The notes beneath the pieces were generated by a model. That model saw nothing but the letters and a program-made list of their open reading frames with translations, had not been told where the DNA came from and ran no database searches. A stretch of DNA of 64,000 bases, taken from Eledone cirrhosa (Eukaryota). This document shows positions 39,952 to 56,597 of this stretch, one piece after another. The position numbers were made by a program, and so were the translations under genes. Each line of letters starts with the position of its first letter. Position 1 is the stretch's first letter. Where the stretch lies: contig OZ024741.1 of the NCBI GenBank assembly GCA_964016885.1, positions 325,190,001 to 325,254,000 of the forward strand. Reading direction: 5' to 3'.

Positions 39952-40035
39952 AAAAGAGTCACGACCCCGACGGCTGAGCTCCGGCCTTCTCTTTAAAAGT
40001 AAAATTACACCCATTACAGACCAGAAAATTGAATA
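38505..40035. repeat. Large inverted duplication of a hammerhead-bearing unit (motifs at 38721-38779 (-) and 39737-39795 (+))
   Basis: Arms ~38505-39010 and ~39490-40035. ttcatt-CTGATGA-ttgaaagcaaaa tt ttttgcttttaa-GAAA-ccactgg-TA-aat(g/a)gaa. Confidence 0.85.
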
Positions 40036-40154
40036 TAGGGAGATATACGTGCATATATAGACACATACATAGATACATACACACATACACACACATCCTC
40101 ACATACATACCTACCTACATACATACCTACCTACCTACCTACATGCATAGATAC

Positions 40155-40764
40155 ATGGTGGCTGCCAACTCGTTTTAGAGTACGGCCACTACTTTATATC
40201 CATGTAGGAGAACCCCTACCGATGCGCTGAACGAGTGTGACTTTTTAGTCCAGCCAGCGACTTGAAAACTCTGATACAAACACTAGACTTGTGACAATTA
40301 TTGACACATAGTGCTGGGCCCATGGTACCATGTGACGACAAGTGCAGAGAGATCTCCAGATATAAAGCAATGCCTGTGCCGTGAAGTTTTTATAGTGAGC
40401 AAAGGCACTGCACAAAGCCAGTCCCACTCTCTTAACCAAGATGATATTTACCAAAAAGAAGAACAAGTCAACATCATTGGATACCATCAGGGTTGCAGGT
40501 GTTATATCAGAGTTTTCCTTCTCCTAGAATTCTGCCTTGACAAAGGCTAAGGGGTCATCTCTCCCGGTGATTTTGGATGGCCATTGACTCTTAAGAGCTT
40601 CTTTGCCCTTTGACAGGTTTTGTTTTTAGTCCTACAGGATGTCCAAAGTCACCCTCCTCACCAAGAAACCTTGGTGGGGTTGCCAGTTTAGTCGCCAACG
40701 ACCCGACCATGGGACAGGTTGTACTGGGATACATGTTACCAGTAGCACCAACTGGTGACCTGAC
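40155..40764 (-). mobile_element. RTE-derived non-autonomous element, copy D
   Basis: Reverse complement of copy B, flanked by (cata)n. Confidence 0.88.
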
Positions 40765-40989
40765 ATAGATACATACATACATACATACATACATACATAC
40801 ATACATACATACATACATACATACATACATACATACATACTCTCACACATATATACATACATATATTATAGAAGAAATGCCATCTATATAAATCACCTTC
40901 GACAAATTGAACCATCAGATTTCTGTTAGTTTGTATTGAAAACAGAACTGACTGAAACCGCTTCTAACCAGTTTATGTTGCTTTCTTCT

Positions 40990-41116
40990 CTTTGTTGCTG
41001 TTGTTATTATTGTTGTTATTGTTCTAGTTGTTTTCATCGTCATTGACGATGTTGTTATTGTTATTGTCTTTAACCTTATTGTTAATGTTCTAGTTGTTAT
41101 TGTCATCGACGTTGTT

Positions 41117-41164
<48 letters not shown>

Positions 41165-42000
41165 ATCGTCGTCGTTGTTGTTATTGTTGCTGATAATGTT
41201 GTTGCTATTGGTAATTATTGTTGTTGTTATTGCTATTGTTGTTATTGTTGTTATTATTGTTGTTGTTGTTATTGTTCTAGTTGTCATTATTGTCATCGCC
41301 ATTGCTGTTGTTGTTGTTGTTGTTGTTGTTGATGTTAACGTTGTTGTTGTTATTGTTGCTATTCGTGTTATTGTTGTTGTTGTTGTAATTGTTGTTGTCG
41401 TTATTGTTTCTGTAGTTGCTATTGTTGATATTGTTGTTTTTGTTGTTGTCATCGTCGTTGTTATTGTTATTGTTGTTGTTGCTGTTTTCTTCTTCTTCTT
41501 CTTCTTCTTCTTCTTCTTCTTCTTCTTCTTCTTCTTCTTCTTCTTCTTCTTCTTCTTCTTCTTCTTCTTCTTCTTCTTCTTCTTCTTCTTCTTCTTCTTT
41601 CAGAATTGGCATCGCCATTTTGAGTGGCAGGCAGTTAGACTGAAATATATATTTTCTGTCACAATTTTGTTAAAGATAAAGTACTAAAGCATGTATGTAT
41701 GTATGTATGTATGTATGTATGTATGTATGTATGTATGTATGTATGTATGTATGTATGTATGTATGTATGTATGTATGTATGTATGTATGTATGTATGTAT
41801 GTATGTGTATGTATGTATGTATGAATGTATGTATGTATGTATGAATGTGTGTATGTATGTATGTATGTATGTATGTATGTATGAATGTATGTATGTATGT
41901 ATGTATGTATGTATGTATGTATGTATGTATGTATGTATGTATGTATGAATGTATGTATGTATGTATGAATGTGTGTATGTATGTGTGCATGCATGCTAGT
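40990..42000. repeat. Compound microsatellite: degenerate (TTG)n, pure (TTC)n, (TATG)n
   Basis: Direct inspection. Confidence 0.95.
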
Positions 42001-42487
42001 ATGTATGTGTGTGTGTGTGTGTGCGTGTGTGTCTGTGTGTCTGTGTGTGTGTGTATGTGAATGCGTGTGTGGATATATATCATATAATATTTAATATAAA
42101 TAACAGACTAACGCATAAACACACGCATACATATATATTATATGTATGTATTACAGACACACACATACTCACACATATTCACACATACACACATCCTCCC
42201 TCTCTCTCACACACACACATACTCACACATATTCACACATACACACACCCTCCCTCTCTCACACACCAATGCACACACATATATATATATATTTAATATA
42301 GAAATGGCTTCTACATGACTAGAACTGTTTCATTCGAAGGAAATCATCAGGAAAGCCCCTATAATAAATATTTATACTCTATGTATTGAGTACCTTACCG
42401 TGGTTACCGATTGAACCCGGGATACACACACACACACACACACATATATATAATATATATAATATATATAATATATATAATATAATA

Positions 42488-42576
<89 letters not shown>

Positions 42577-42695
42577 TACACAGAACATAGAGTGAGAAAT
42601 ATAAGACAGAGTGAGAAAAGGAGAAAAATGGAAAAAATGTTTTTGGAAAAAAAGCACGTATTTAGTTATTCAATTTCCCAGTATACAAGCATAAA

Positions 42696-42803
<108 letters not shown>

Positions 42804-43025
42804 ATATATATATATATAGTGGAAAATGAAGGAAATTATTTGGTACCTTGGTACAGTAAGATATATTTGAAAAGGGAAAAGAATGACTTCACTGGTTGTC
42901 AACACACCGCAGTAGACCAGTTTGACAATCACCACCGAATGCAAGAATCCCCAGAAAGTTAAGGACTTTACAGAACTAATATCAATAACGACTTACTGTA
43001 AAGATTTAAATAAAAAAATACCAAT

Positions 43026-43163
<138 letters not shown>

Positions 43164-43184
43164 TATACATATATAATATATATA

Positions 43185-44069
43185 TATATATATAAATTTG
43201 TAGTTCCTGTCTGTCTGTTTGTTTGTTTTTTTTTGTTTGTTCACGAAATCCTCCTACGGTTTTGGAGATAGAGCCCCGTAACCATATATATTCTGAAACT
43301 ACATTGCCCAGGGTACATGGATAAGTATATTTCATTTTAACCAAAGGGTTCCCCGAGGGCACAACCCCCGCTGAAAATGTTTTCCTTCGATTTATATGAA
43401 ATTTAAATCATAAGTAAATGACAATATATGATGCCTATTCACAAAATTTCAGCAAATTTCAGTAAAATTAATACACCCTAATGAGGGTTAAACCCTCTAT
43501 AGTGAAAATTTTGGCCTTTAAATAGAACAAGATGTGTTGTAACAAGATTGCATGAGAACTTGATTGAAGCAACCGTTATATTCGGGGCTTACATAGTTCT
43601 TCTCATTCTGAGGATTCTACTTATACCAAGTGATAGCGAGTTGCCTTTTACATTTAAGAGGCTGCAGTTCCCAGTGAGGCCATCCTTTACCACGAGCAAC
43701 AATAAGAGTCAAGGTCAAAAGTTCAAAACTATTGGTAGATCTGACAAACCCATGTTTCAGTCATGGCTAGTTTTATGTGGCTGTTTCAAGGACTGGAACT
43801 TCAAAAAATCTCTACATTTTAGCCAATCAAAGGAAGACAAGAAATGTTGTTTACTCTGAAGTTCTTCATTAGGAGAAAGTATGAAATATATTTTCATGTA
43901 TTTATTATGTTAAAAAATGTTTTCCAATTTTTCATGCATTACATTTTACATTGAGTAATATTGAAATGCAGTGTTTTTCTCCATTAATTATATCACTGAT
44001 TTAAAATCAATCATCATTTTCTTACAAAACAAACGTGTGAAACGCAGCAAGGCGCGGGTAATTCGAGTA

Positions 44070-44070
<1 letters not shown>
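43185..44070 (+). mobile_element. Non-autonomous Helitron with a PIF1-helicase C-terminal remnant (43545-43860)
   Basis: LIPSDSELPFTFKRLQFPVRPSF..NKSQGQ, then FSHG*FYVAVSR in a shifted frame. Degenerate 3' end cgcagcaaggcgcgggtaattcgagtag. Confidence 0.8.
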
Positions 44071-44105
<35 letters not shown>

Positions 44106-44302
44106 TTACTGGTCGGCGAAGGGAATAACACGTATAATCAGTAACATATCAATGGATATTTCTATCTCGTTTGGATTTTTGTCAGAAGAGAACACACAGG
44201 GCAGTTGTTATACAATTGCCTTACGTCTTTGAAATACGTATAACAAAATAAATAGGAATGTCCAAATGAAACCGTCTTTCTTGTTTTTACACACACACAC
44301 AC

Positions 44303-44439
<137 letters not shown>

Positions 44440-44496
44440 CTTAGGAGTCGAAGCAAGTCGAATAGAACGGACATAGCTTCGGGCATTTCCTCACTC

Positions 44497-45021
<525 letters not shown>

Positions 45022-45261
45022 GTGTGTATATATGTTAAGTAGAATCAGCATATATACAAATTTTATTGACATATTACAATTGTTTCGAAATCGATCAGCT
45101 AATGTTGCTACCATTTCTATTACTGCTGCTACTGCTGCTACCACTGCTGCTACTGCTACTTGTAATGGTAGTGGTAGTGATGATGATGGTGGTGATGTTG
45201 ATCGTGGTGGTGGTCTTGTCCGTGATGGTGGTGCTATCAATAATGGTAACAATGATAATGA

Positions 45262-45652
45262 TAATTGTTTCTACTTTTGGCACAAGGCCAGCAATTACTC
45301 AGTACATTACTGGTACTTTATTTTATCGACCCCGTAAGGACGAAAGGCAAAGTTAACCTGGACGGGATTTGAACTCAGATCGCAAAGGGACGTAACTATG
45401 CTGGAAAGCATAGTGTCCGACCCTCTACCGATACTGTCAAATAATAATGGTTTCTTATATAGGCACAAGGCTAGCAATTTTGGGGAGATGGAAAGTCGAT
45501 TATATCAACCCTAGTGCATTACTGGTACTTTATTTTATCGACCCCGTAAGGATGAAAGGTAAAGTTAACTTCGGCGGGATTTGAACTCAGACCGTAAAGG
45601 GACGTAACTATGCTGGAAAGCATGGCGTCCAACCCTTTACCGATACTGTCAA
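45262..45652 (-). mobile_element. Two tandem copies of the dominant SINE
   Basis: Both match the 26963 copy in reverse complement. Confidence 0.85.
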
Positions 45653-45781
45653 TGATAATAATAAAACACACCCACCGAACAATAAAATAATCGTGCCAAG
45701 CCCATAGACCTCAAGGATACCGTGATGATTGCCGATGATGTCACACACTAGAGTTCTTGAGAATAGATAGTATTCTCTAAA

Positions 45782-45830
<49 letters not shown>

Positions 45831-46054
45831 TGTGTGTGTGAGTGTGTGTGTGAGTGTGTGTGCCCTGGAACGAACAGCATCAATCTTAATGCAAGGAGAG
45901 TGTAATGATTTTCAGGGATTGACTGAGGAGATGGGATTGTCCGTTTTTCAGTTGTTGTTTCCGTTTTCTTTGATCTGTGCGACCTTGTTTTATATCATAT
46001 TATATTATGTTATATTATATTATATTATATCATATTATATTATATTATATTATG

Positions 46055-46410
46055 TGGATTGGCAGTATAGGTAGAGAGTAGGACGTCATGCTTTCCAGCA
46101 TAGTTACGTCCCTTTACGATCTGAGTTCAAATCCCGCCGAGGTTAACTTTGCCTTTCATCCTTACGGGGTCGATAAAATAAAGTACCAGTCACGCACTGG
46201 AGTCGATTTAATCGACTTTCCCCTCCCCCCAAAATTACTGGCCTTGTGCCTTCACATATATATATTATATTATATATATATATATGTGAAGGTGCGTATC
46301 TGAGTGGTTAGAGAATTTGATTCGCAATCGTGAGGTTATGAGTTCGATTCCTGGACCGGGCGATGCGTTATGTCCTTGAGCAAGACACTTTATTTCACGT
46401 TGTTGCTTCT
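46055..46410 (+). mobile_element. Dominant SINE (46055-46250) and the head of a second SINE family (46287-46410)
   Basis: A/B boxes. The second head matches 51521-51640. Confidence 0.8.
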
Positions 46411-46693
46411 ACCTGGAGTTACGACCGATATATACTATTAAAAATTGGAAAGACCAACGGAAACATTGTTTCCTCGGTCCGATTTGACGAAAGTCGATTG
46501 ACAGTCGATATATGTATATATAAATGTTTAAAAAAAGGAAAAGAATGACTTCATTTGTAGTTCTAAACAATTTAATTTAATTTTATATTATGATTTTAAC
46601 AGCTAACAACCCCTGCTACATGGGCCAACCCATCTGACTGGTATCTTTCCTTGGGCGTGTTGCCCTCTTTATTTGGTGAATGAAAAGGGCAGT

Positions 46694-46730
<37 letters not shown>

Positions 46731-47082
46731 ACCAGAGGTTTAAATGACAACAGGTTCAAAATGGAAACGGTATTTAGTCAAAGCCTAGTATTTAGACATC
46801 TTCCGAATGAATATTTTTCAGTTTATCTACCAAATCTAAATTAAATATTCCAAGTTTTAACTCCAGCTAATCTTCAATGATAACAGACAACGAAGAAAAC
46901 AAACGAAAAACAAACAAACCCATTGTATATATTGTACGTTGTATATCTATTTATTTATTTATTTTATATTTTACATTATATTCCCTGCTAGTTCTAATCA
47001 AGTTTGAATGTTAGTGAACAGAAAAGCAACAATAATTGGACTATTGGAAAGAAACTGAAGTTATATATGATGTGTGGATGAT

Positions 47083-47140
<58 letters not shown>

Positions 47141-47288
47141 TGAATATGTTGTTGTTGATTATTAGGTCAACAATCTATGGTGTGTTCCAGCTTATGCACA
47201 CCACGTCGTGGTTCCATAAATGGTATCCGACAGAGTATTTATAATAAGGAAATAAAATGGAGTTGAAAAAATAAAATATTGTCCCTTA

Positions 47289-47320
<32 letters not shown>

Positions 47321-47326
47321 AACATA

Positions 47327-47447
<121 letters not shown>

Positions 47448-47660
47448 GTATGGTGTATTTACATTCAACCTCAGTGACTCTATGATTAGTCGATCATTCG
47501 TTGTACATTTATTAATCTCGATTTAAGTCCGGGAATTTAACTCCAGAACATTGAATAATGGAATAATAGAATCATAGAATCAGAGAATAATAAGATTGGC
47601 TTTAATAAGGTTTTAACAAGAACAGCATAAGAAAGTTTGGCGAGGTTAGTATATTATGTA

Positions 47661-47880
47661 CTAGCTGACGTACCCAGCTTCGCCCGGGTAAACAGATAAT
47701 AAGAGAAGACAGGTAAAAGAGAAAATTACTGTATTGGATGTTTGTCAGGTTAGATGTAAAACATGTATCATTGTATAGACGTGGTTGTTCCACGTTTCTC
47801 AAAAGGATGATGGAAGTTCCAATCTTTTGTATTATATGTAGATATAGATATAGATAATTAATATAAAAGATATCCGTCAA
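47661..47880 (-). mobile_element. Helitron 3' end with a short PIF1 remnant
   Basis: Minus strand tacccgggcgaagctgggtacgtcagCTAG|t. IGTSIILLRNVEQPRLYNDT resembles the GxPIMLLRNL..PRLCNGT motif. Confidence 0.75.
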
Positions 47881-48392
47881 TGTAAAAAAAGGTCCTTATT
47901 TACTCCCTTTACAACTCTGTGTATGTTAGACTGACAGACAGGCACACAGACAGATAAACTGCGTGGCGATTGTTGGATGCCGCACGTACACACACATACA
48001 CGCATGGAAACGCGCACACGCACGCAAACTTACACACGCACCCGTGCACTTACACACACGCACACACTCACACATGTTGATAGTTTTTACTTTCTGTGGA
48101 ACGCTGCACGCACGCACACACACATAAACATACGCGCACGTACATACACACGCACACATGTTAATAGTTATTGCTTTCCTTCCCCTCTTATTTCCACACA
48201 CATGTCTCTACACTGACACATATACATAGTGTATCCGAACACAGCGTTCACATTCTCCCCTCTCACTCCCTCATTGGCTTATGCATATTAATTTAAGTTT
48301 TGCGTCGTTGAGGTGGGTGGAGTCGTTTGAAACCTATGAACCAATGATAATCGAGAATTATGACACACAGAATACTGACATTGTTGAAATTA

Positions 48393-48442
<50 letters not shown>

Positions 48443-48787
48443 TTACAGACATACGCGGGCACGCGCACAAATACACATGCACATACGTACACACACTTAC
48501 ATACACACATGCACAAAAATACAGACACACATATACCTACGCTAATACGTAGCCTGTTGTTTTACGGACAGAATAATTAATATTTGGTTTCTTCAGGGAA
48601 ATGTAAGAGAACTATGGTCGCAGATTACACATACACACACACTCTTTCACATACATACACATATACTCACAAATACACAGGCACACACACACACACACAG
48701 AAAACATGTATATAATGTTCAGATCTAGTTAACCTGATAGTCCACAAGAGAAGCAAAACTCAACATAGATAACACATTTATTGAAAC

Positions 48788-48838
<51 letters not shown>

Positions 48839-48876
48839 GAAGGAAATGACAAAACTGAGATGCAAAAAGTTTCACG

Positions 48877-48965
48877 CCGAGGGAGAATGACGGAGGCATC
48901 CGTCCCATTACGGTTGGCAACGTCTTCCGACGATTTGCAGCCAAGGTAGCATGCGAGTCAGTCAA
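48877..48965 (+). pseudogene. Tiny RT fragment of an early-branching (CRE-like) non-LTR element
   Basis: PRENDGGIRPITVGNVFRRFAAKVACESV. Confidence 0.6.
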
Positions 48966-49116
48966 AGACGCTACTTTTTCCCTAAAATAAGTCGAAAAAA
49001 TTTACCATGCGTCCTGGAGGCCGAAGGTTGTTTATTATTCTTTTTCAAAGTTTTGCTTGTCAAAATTAGGGTGCGCCCTCGAAGACGAAGCGTCTTCGGT
49101 GCCGGGAAATACGGTA
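48960..49116 (+). mobile_element. One end of a Tc1/mariner-pogo-like DNA transposon or MITE
   Basis: caaaattagggtgcg..gcgtcttcggtgccgggaaatacgg|TA, recalled as a pogo-type terminus. No partner TIR seen. Confidence 0.5.
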
Positions 49117-49568
49117 CTTGGCAATTATATACTATTATATATAATTCTCTCTATATATAAATTTAAGTTATATATATATTTTCACCTTTGCTATATACAT
49201 TTTTATATACTTATAACCCCGGATGATCATGACTGGAACGGAATACTATTCCTGATAGGTAAGGACTGTCCTGGGGTTAAATACGTCTTTCCACTACCAC
49301 ACAATAAAAGCAACTAACTAATATTTTGAAATGACTTATTGTGACTCGGATGAATTATTTTCCCCGGATTATTGATCTCATATTTAGAGTGTGTATTGAT
49401 ATATTTACACTAGGCTACTATCAGTGGGATATTCGATAGAAATGTTGAGTAAATATATATATATTACACTGTAAAGATGAGGTTAATAGTCTGGAAAAAT
49501 GTCCATCTAAATCGACTCTGATTGCTTGTCTGTATGTCTTTGTGTCTGTCACCCTCCTCTCTCTCTCT

Positions 49569-49666
<98 letters not shown>

Positions 49667-49676
49667 ATATATATAT

Positions 49677-51518
<1,842 letters not shown>

Positions 51519-51520
51519 TA

Positions 51521-51862
51521 GTGAAGGCATAACGCTTAGTAGTTAGAGCGTTGGATTTGCAATCGTGAGATTGTGAGTTCGATCCTCGGACCGAGTGATT
51601 GGTGTGTTCTTGAGCAAAACACTTTATTTCACGTTGCTCCAGTTCACTCAGCTATAGAAATGAGTTGCCACGTTACTGGTGCCAAACTGTATCGGTCATT
51701 GCCTTTCCCTTGGACAACATCGGTGGCGAAAGAGGAGGCTGGTATGCATGGGTAACTGTTGTTCTTCCTCAAACAACTTTGTCCGTACATGCGTCTCGGA
51801 GTGAAGCTTTCTGGGTGCAAATTCCATGGTATTCGTGACCGAAGGAGGACTTTACTTTACCT
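51521..51862 (+). mobile_element. tRNA-derived SINE, second family (~340 bp)
   Basis: cttagtagttagagcg..gagttcgatcct..cttgagcaaaacactttatttcacgttgctccagttcactcagct, ending in a ctttactttac tail. Confidence 0.75.
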
Positions 51863-51997
51863 ATATATATATATAAATATAAATTAGCGAGAATCGTATT
51901 TCGGCTATTGGAAATTAGCGCAAAACAACTTCCGAGATGTGTAGCAAGCGCTCAATAGAAGCTAGTGAACTAGAGCAACAACATAAGTTAAAGACCA

Positions 51998-52033
<36 letters not shown>

Positions 52034-52072
52034 ATGTATATATATATATAAATAAATATATATATATATATG

Positions 52073-52133
<61 letters not shown>

Positions 52134-52661
52134 AATAAATAAATATATATATATATATAAATACACTGACACACACACACACACACATATACATGAGAAA
52201 ATTCATGATGAAAAACTATACAAGAGAACAAGACAATAAATAATGATACATACATACACACACACATAAATATCATAGTGTATTAAGTCATCTGACCATA
52301 TAAATTCAATTCTTTGATATATGAATGTTAAAGATGAGATAATGTTACTAATCTTGTGATGAAGCTAATTAAATTATGTTTACGGTTAAACATCGAAAAA
52401 TAATGGAACGGACACGATCTTTACTGATATTTATTAAATCAGACAGCAGACAGGGTTTCCTGTTTCACAGTTACATACTCAGTCATCTGCAGAGGGAGAC
52501 GTTACATAACTATAATTTATACTAGCAGAATGGCCCGGTGTTGCTCGGATTTGCTCTAGGGTTCTTATATATATTTGATATATATTTATCCTTATCGAGC
52601 CTCGTGAAATAAATACGTTTGTTTATATTTTGTTATTGTATATGCAAAAATATCTGTACTC

Positions 52662-52716
<55 letters not shown>

Positions 52717-52723
<7 letters not shown>

Positions 52724-53075
52724 CGTAAAATAAGAAAATAAAAAAAAATAAAAATTTTTTTAAATTAACTTACTTACTTAAATTTTCACTCCAACTAATT
52801 AGTTTCTGCAATGGGATAAAGACAGTTACGTAATGAACTGTTGAGAATTACATTGCGTCATCAGGGAGGTCATTCTCAGCCGAGTCTCCAGGCAATGCGC
52901 GGACACTGGGGACTCATATAAAAATAATAATAATTCGGCAACTGGAACAACTATCGAGGACTGGATTCCAGTCACCGAAAATTCTCACTGCCACTGATCA
53001 TATGGCCGATTCTAAAGAATCAATCACGTGACACAGAGGCTAGTCAGTAGGAATGGGATGGTAAGATGACAGACA
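52717..53075 (-). mobile_element. More diverged partial copy of the 557-bp unit with an intact hammerhead core (52789-52868)
   Basis: Matches 50450-50795 in reverse complement with scattered substitutions. Confidence 0.85.
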
Positions 53076-53231
53076 ACAGTACAGAGAAGTACGGAATACC
53101 TCGGCCTCGGGATGGTGTCGTAGATTACCATTCGTCGTAGATTACCAGGATTTGTTTCCGCGCGAAGAAAATCAATACTTAATCGCGAAATAAATACTTT
53201 TGTTTATATTTTGTTGTTGTCTGCAAAAATA

Positions 53232-53269
<38 letters not shown>

Positions 53270-53346
53270 TATATATAACGAAGGAAAAGTGGTAAGGAAC
53301 CAGATGGACCATAACGCACCAAAGTACTAGGGTACTAGAGTGGGTA

Positions 53347-53459
53347 ATAGGAACAAGTATGACCCCGACGGCAGAGCTCAAGCCGTTTCGACGGCTATTT
53401 CAGGACTGAAATAGCCGACGAAACGGCTTGAGCTCTGCAGTCGGGGCTATACTTGTTCC

Positions 53460-53462
<3 letters not shown>
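53347..53462. repeat. 116-bp near-perfect palindrome
   Basis: ataggaacaagtat..gctatttcag-ga-ctgaaatagc..atacttgttcctat. Confidence 0.9.
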
Positions 53463-53492
<30 letters not shown>

Positions 53493-54822
53493 GTTTCATC
53501 ATATATATATATGTGTTTCATCATATATATTAATTTATATTTATTACATGGCTCAGAAATATTTTTTTCTTTGAGCTATTTCATTGTAAAGGAATGCTTG
53601 AGTTTTGAACTCAATACACTTAATATAATTGCTCCTTAGGTTGAGCTGATAGTAGCCCCATATATACGGCTGTTATTTCTAGCAGTACGCGTATGAGGCT
53701 GGCTAGAAACTGTAAAACCATGTGCGTTAAACAGTCTTTTAAAATATTTAGAAGTGAAGTATATCAATTTGTTCTGGGTGTTTAATGAAGAGAGCTGGAC
53801 AAGATATCCTTACACTTATTTATCTCGAAACATATTTGGATTTTAAAGTTTAAACTTATCTACGGAACAGGTTTGATTTTGAAATTTAAATTTGTCTAAA
53901 CACCATGGCCATTTGCCAATACTGTTTGTTTGTGTTGATTTATTATTTTAAATCGATATAGGCAGGCTGTAATATTATAATTAGTATATTTCATTCTAGC
54001 TAACTTAATTTCTTTTACAATATAAACACAGATATGTTGGTATTTGTGTTTCATCATATATATTAATTTATATTTATTACACGGCTCAGAAATATTTTTT
54101 TCTTTGAGCTATTTCATTGTAAAGGAATGCTTGAGTTTTGAACACAATACACTTAATATATATGTATATATATATATATATTAAAATAACAGATTAAAGT
54201 TTAAGCAAAAAATCGCTGCTTTCACCCTTAACGGGCTTTTCTGAAACTAAAATAAAAAAAATCAATCTGTGAACGCAGAAGTAAATATTTCGAAAAACGT
54301 TACATACTATATATATATATACACACTATATACATACATATATATATATACACACACACACCGCGTCATAATGACGTAATGCAGATAGTCAGGCATACAG
54401 ACAGATATTATAAGGGCGCCACGTTATATCTATGTATCTATCTAAAAAGAGAAAGACTAAGAATTATAGAGAGAGATCGCTAAATCGCCTAATGCGGTCC
54501 CTAGGGCATTGGAAATTTGAAATTTGAATTTTTGCTCAAAACACTCAAAGGACCATACGCATTACATATGTAAAGTTTGAAAACAATCGGTTGGGTGGTT
54601 CTCGAGTTTTAGTAATTGGACAGACAGACAGACAGACATTCTCTGTTTTAGATATATGGATGAAGAATGAAGAATGACAGAGCTACGCTGTCTCAATGTT
54701 AATATAATAAGAATATTAGGCGACACTAATAACCCAAAGCAGCAAAAGAATTCAAAGAATAACAGAATTCTTTCTCTGCCACACACACATAGGCGCGCGT
54801 GCACACACACACAGGCGCGCGT

Positions 54823-54858
<36 letters not shown>

Positions 54859-54867
54859 ACACACACA

Positions 54868-54953
<86 letters not shown>

Positions 54954-55337
54954 ACATTTCACGTAGGATCTCCACTTGATTATTTCCTTTTTATTTTCTC
55001 CTTTCTGTATTCTTTTTTCAAAGAACACCTTGTCTGAAACGTCAGAATAACTCAATTCTCTATTCAGTCTCAACTTCATATTACTAACCTAATTTTTATC
55101 TAATCCTTTCCCGCGTTGTTCATTATTCACCGCACGATCATGCTGACTTTCCTGCCAATTTCAATTTATTTTCATAGTACTAAATAACGAAAATTAATTA
55201 TTCTAAACTTCAACTTATTTAGAATTTTCAGTCTTTCTCCGCTTCTTTCATAAAATTCACCTCTTTTACTCACTGGTTGGCATGAGACAAACTTTCACAC
55301 TTATCTATCTATCGATTTATCTCCCCCCACTCTCTTT

Positions 55338-55381
<44 letters not shown>

Positions 55382-55795
55382 TTCAAACACGAAATGTATT
55401 AAAATTATAAGCATTCAAGCGAGAGACTTGAAACAACAAATACACCACCAACACTACATCCCCATCATCACCATCACCACCACCACCACCACCACCACCA
55501 CCACCACCACTCACAATCTAACCCCCGCCCCCAACAACAATATAAACAATAAACATTTAGAATTCGATGTAATCATATTTATAAAAGCCACGAAAATAAA
55601 GTTAAGAAGGAAAGATATGATGTAAAGAAAGAAGAAGAAACTGAACAAATAACAAATAAATAAAGATAAAAGAAAGAAAATAACAAAGAAAGAAGAAAAA
55701 GCTTATTGAATCTTTGGTGCCCTGTAAAGTCTTAATGAAGTTAGGTTGACTAAATAAAGCATATTGCTGTGTGTGTGTGTGTGTATGCATGTGTG

Positions 55796-55893
<98 letters not shown>

Positions 55894-56080
55894 CGCGTGT
55901 GTGTATGTGTCTGTGTGTGTGCGTAAACACGTGTGTAAATCATGGGGTTACGTGATACTATTCCTGAAGTATTCACGAATGAAACAAAATGTCTTTTGTT
56001 TGACCCAGTTGTAATAAAACACACAAACACATACGTATGTATAATTATGAGTTCTTTGTATTTGTTCGTAATGTAAATTG

Positions 56081-56238
<158 letters not shown>

Positions 56239-56597
56239 TATTAGAATTTTATTTTTAATATTCGGCAAGGCCAGCCGTAAATCGCTCGGTATGCAAATGA
56301 GGCTACTCAGCCGATGTGTACTTAAGAAAATACTATATATTTTCAACCGTTCAACAGATTAGCAGAGGTATATAGTGCTGATGAAGAGTAATGACCTAGA
56401 AAAATGTTGATTGTTCCTCAATGCCAGTGTTGAACAAACAGGGGACGATCAGTCACCGGCACAGCTTCAACTTGGGCCGTTTGTTTACAAACGAATCGAA
56501 CATTATTATTAATGTTTGATATAACCCATACGTACATATGTATATGTATATATGTGTGTGTATCTATCTATATATGTATGTATATGAATATGTATAT

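Larger units (their letters stand above)
52522..54660 (-). mobile_element. Probable Helitron remnant (ends only) hosting several later insertions
   Basis: 3' end ccgagcaacaccgggccattctgCTAG|t at 52522-52548. 5' end a|TCcatatatctaaaacagagaatgtctgtctgtc at 54660. Pairing of the two ends is inferred. Confidence 0.55.

Noticed and set aside
41590-41640. Micro-exon after (TTC)n-ttttcag
   Set aside because: The pyrimidine tract is a microsatellite and there is no canonical GT donor.
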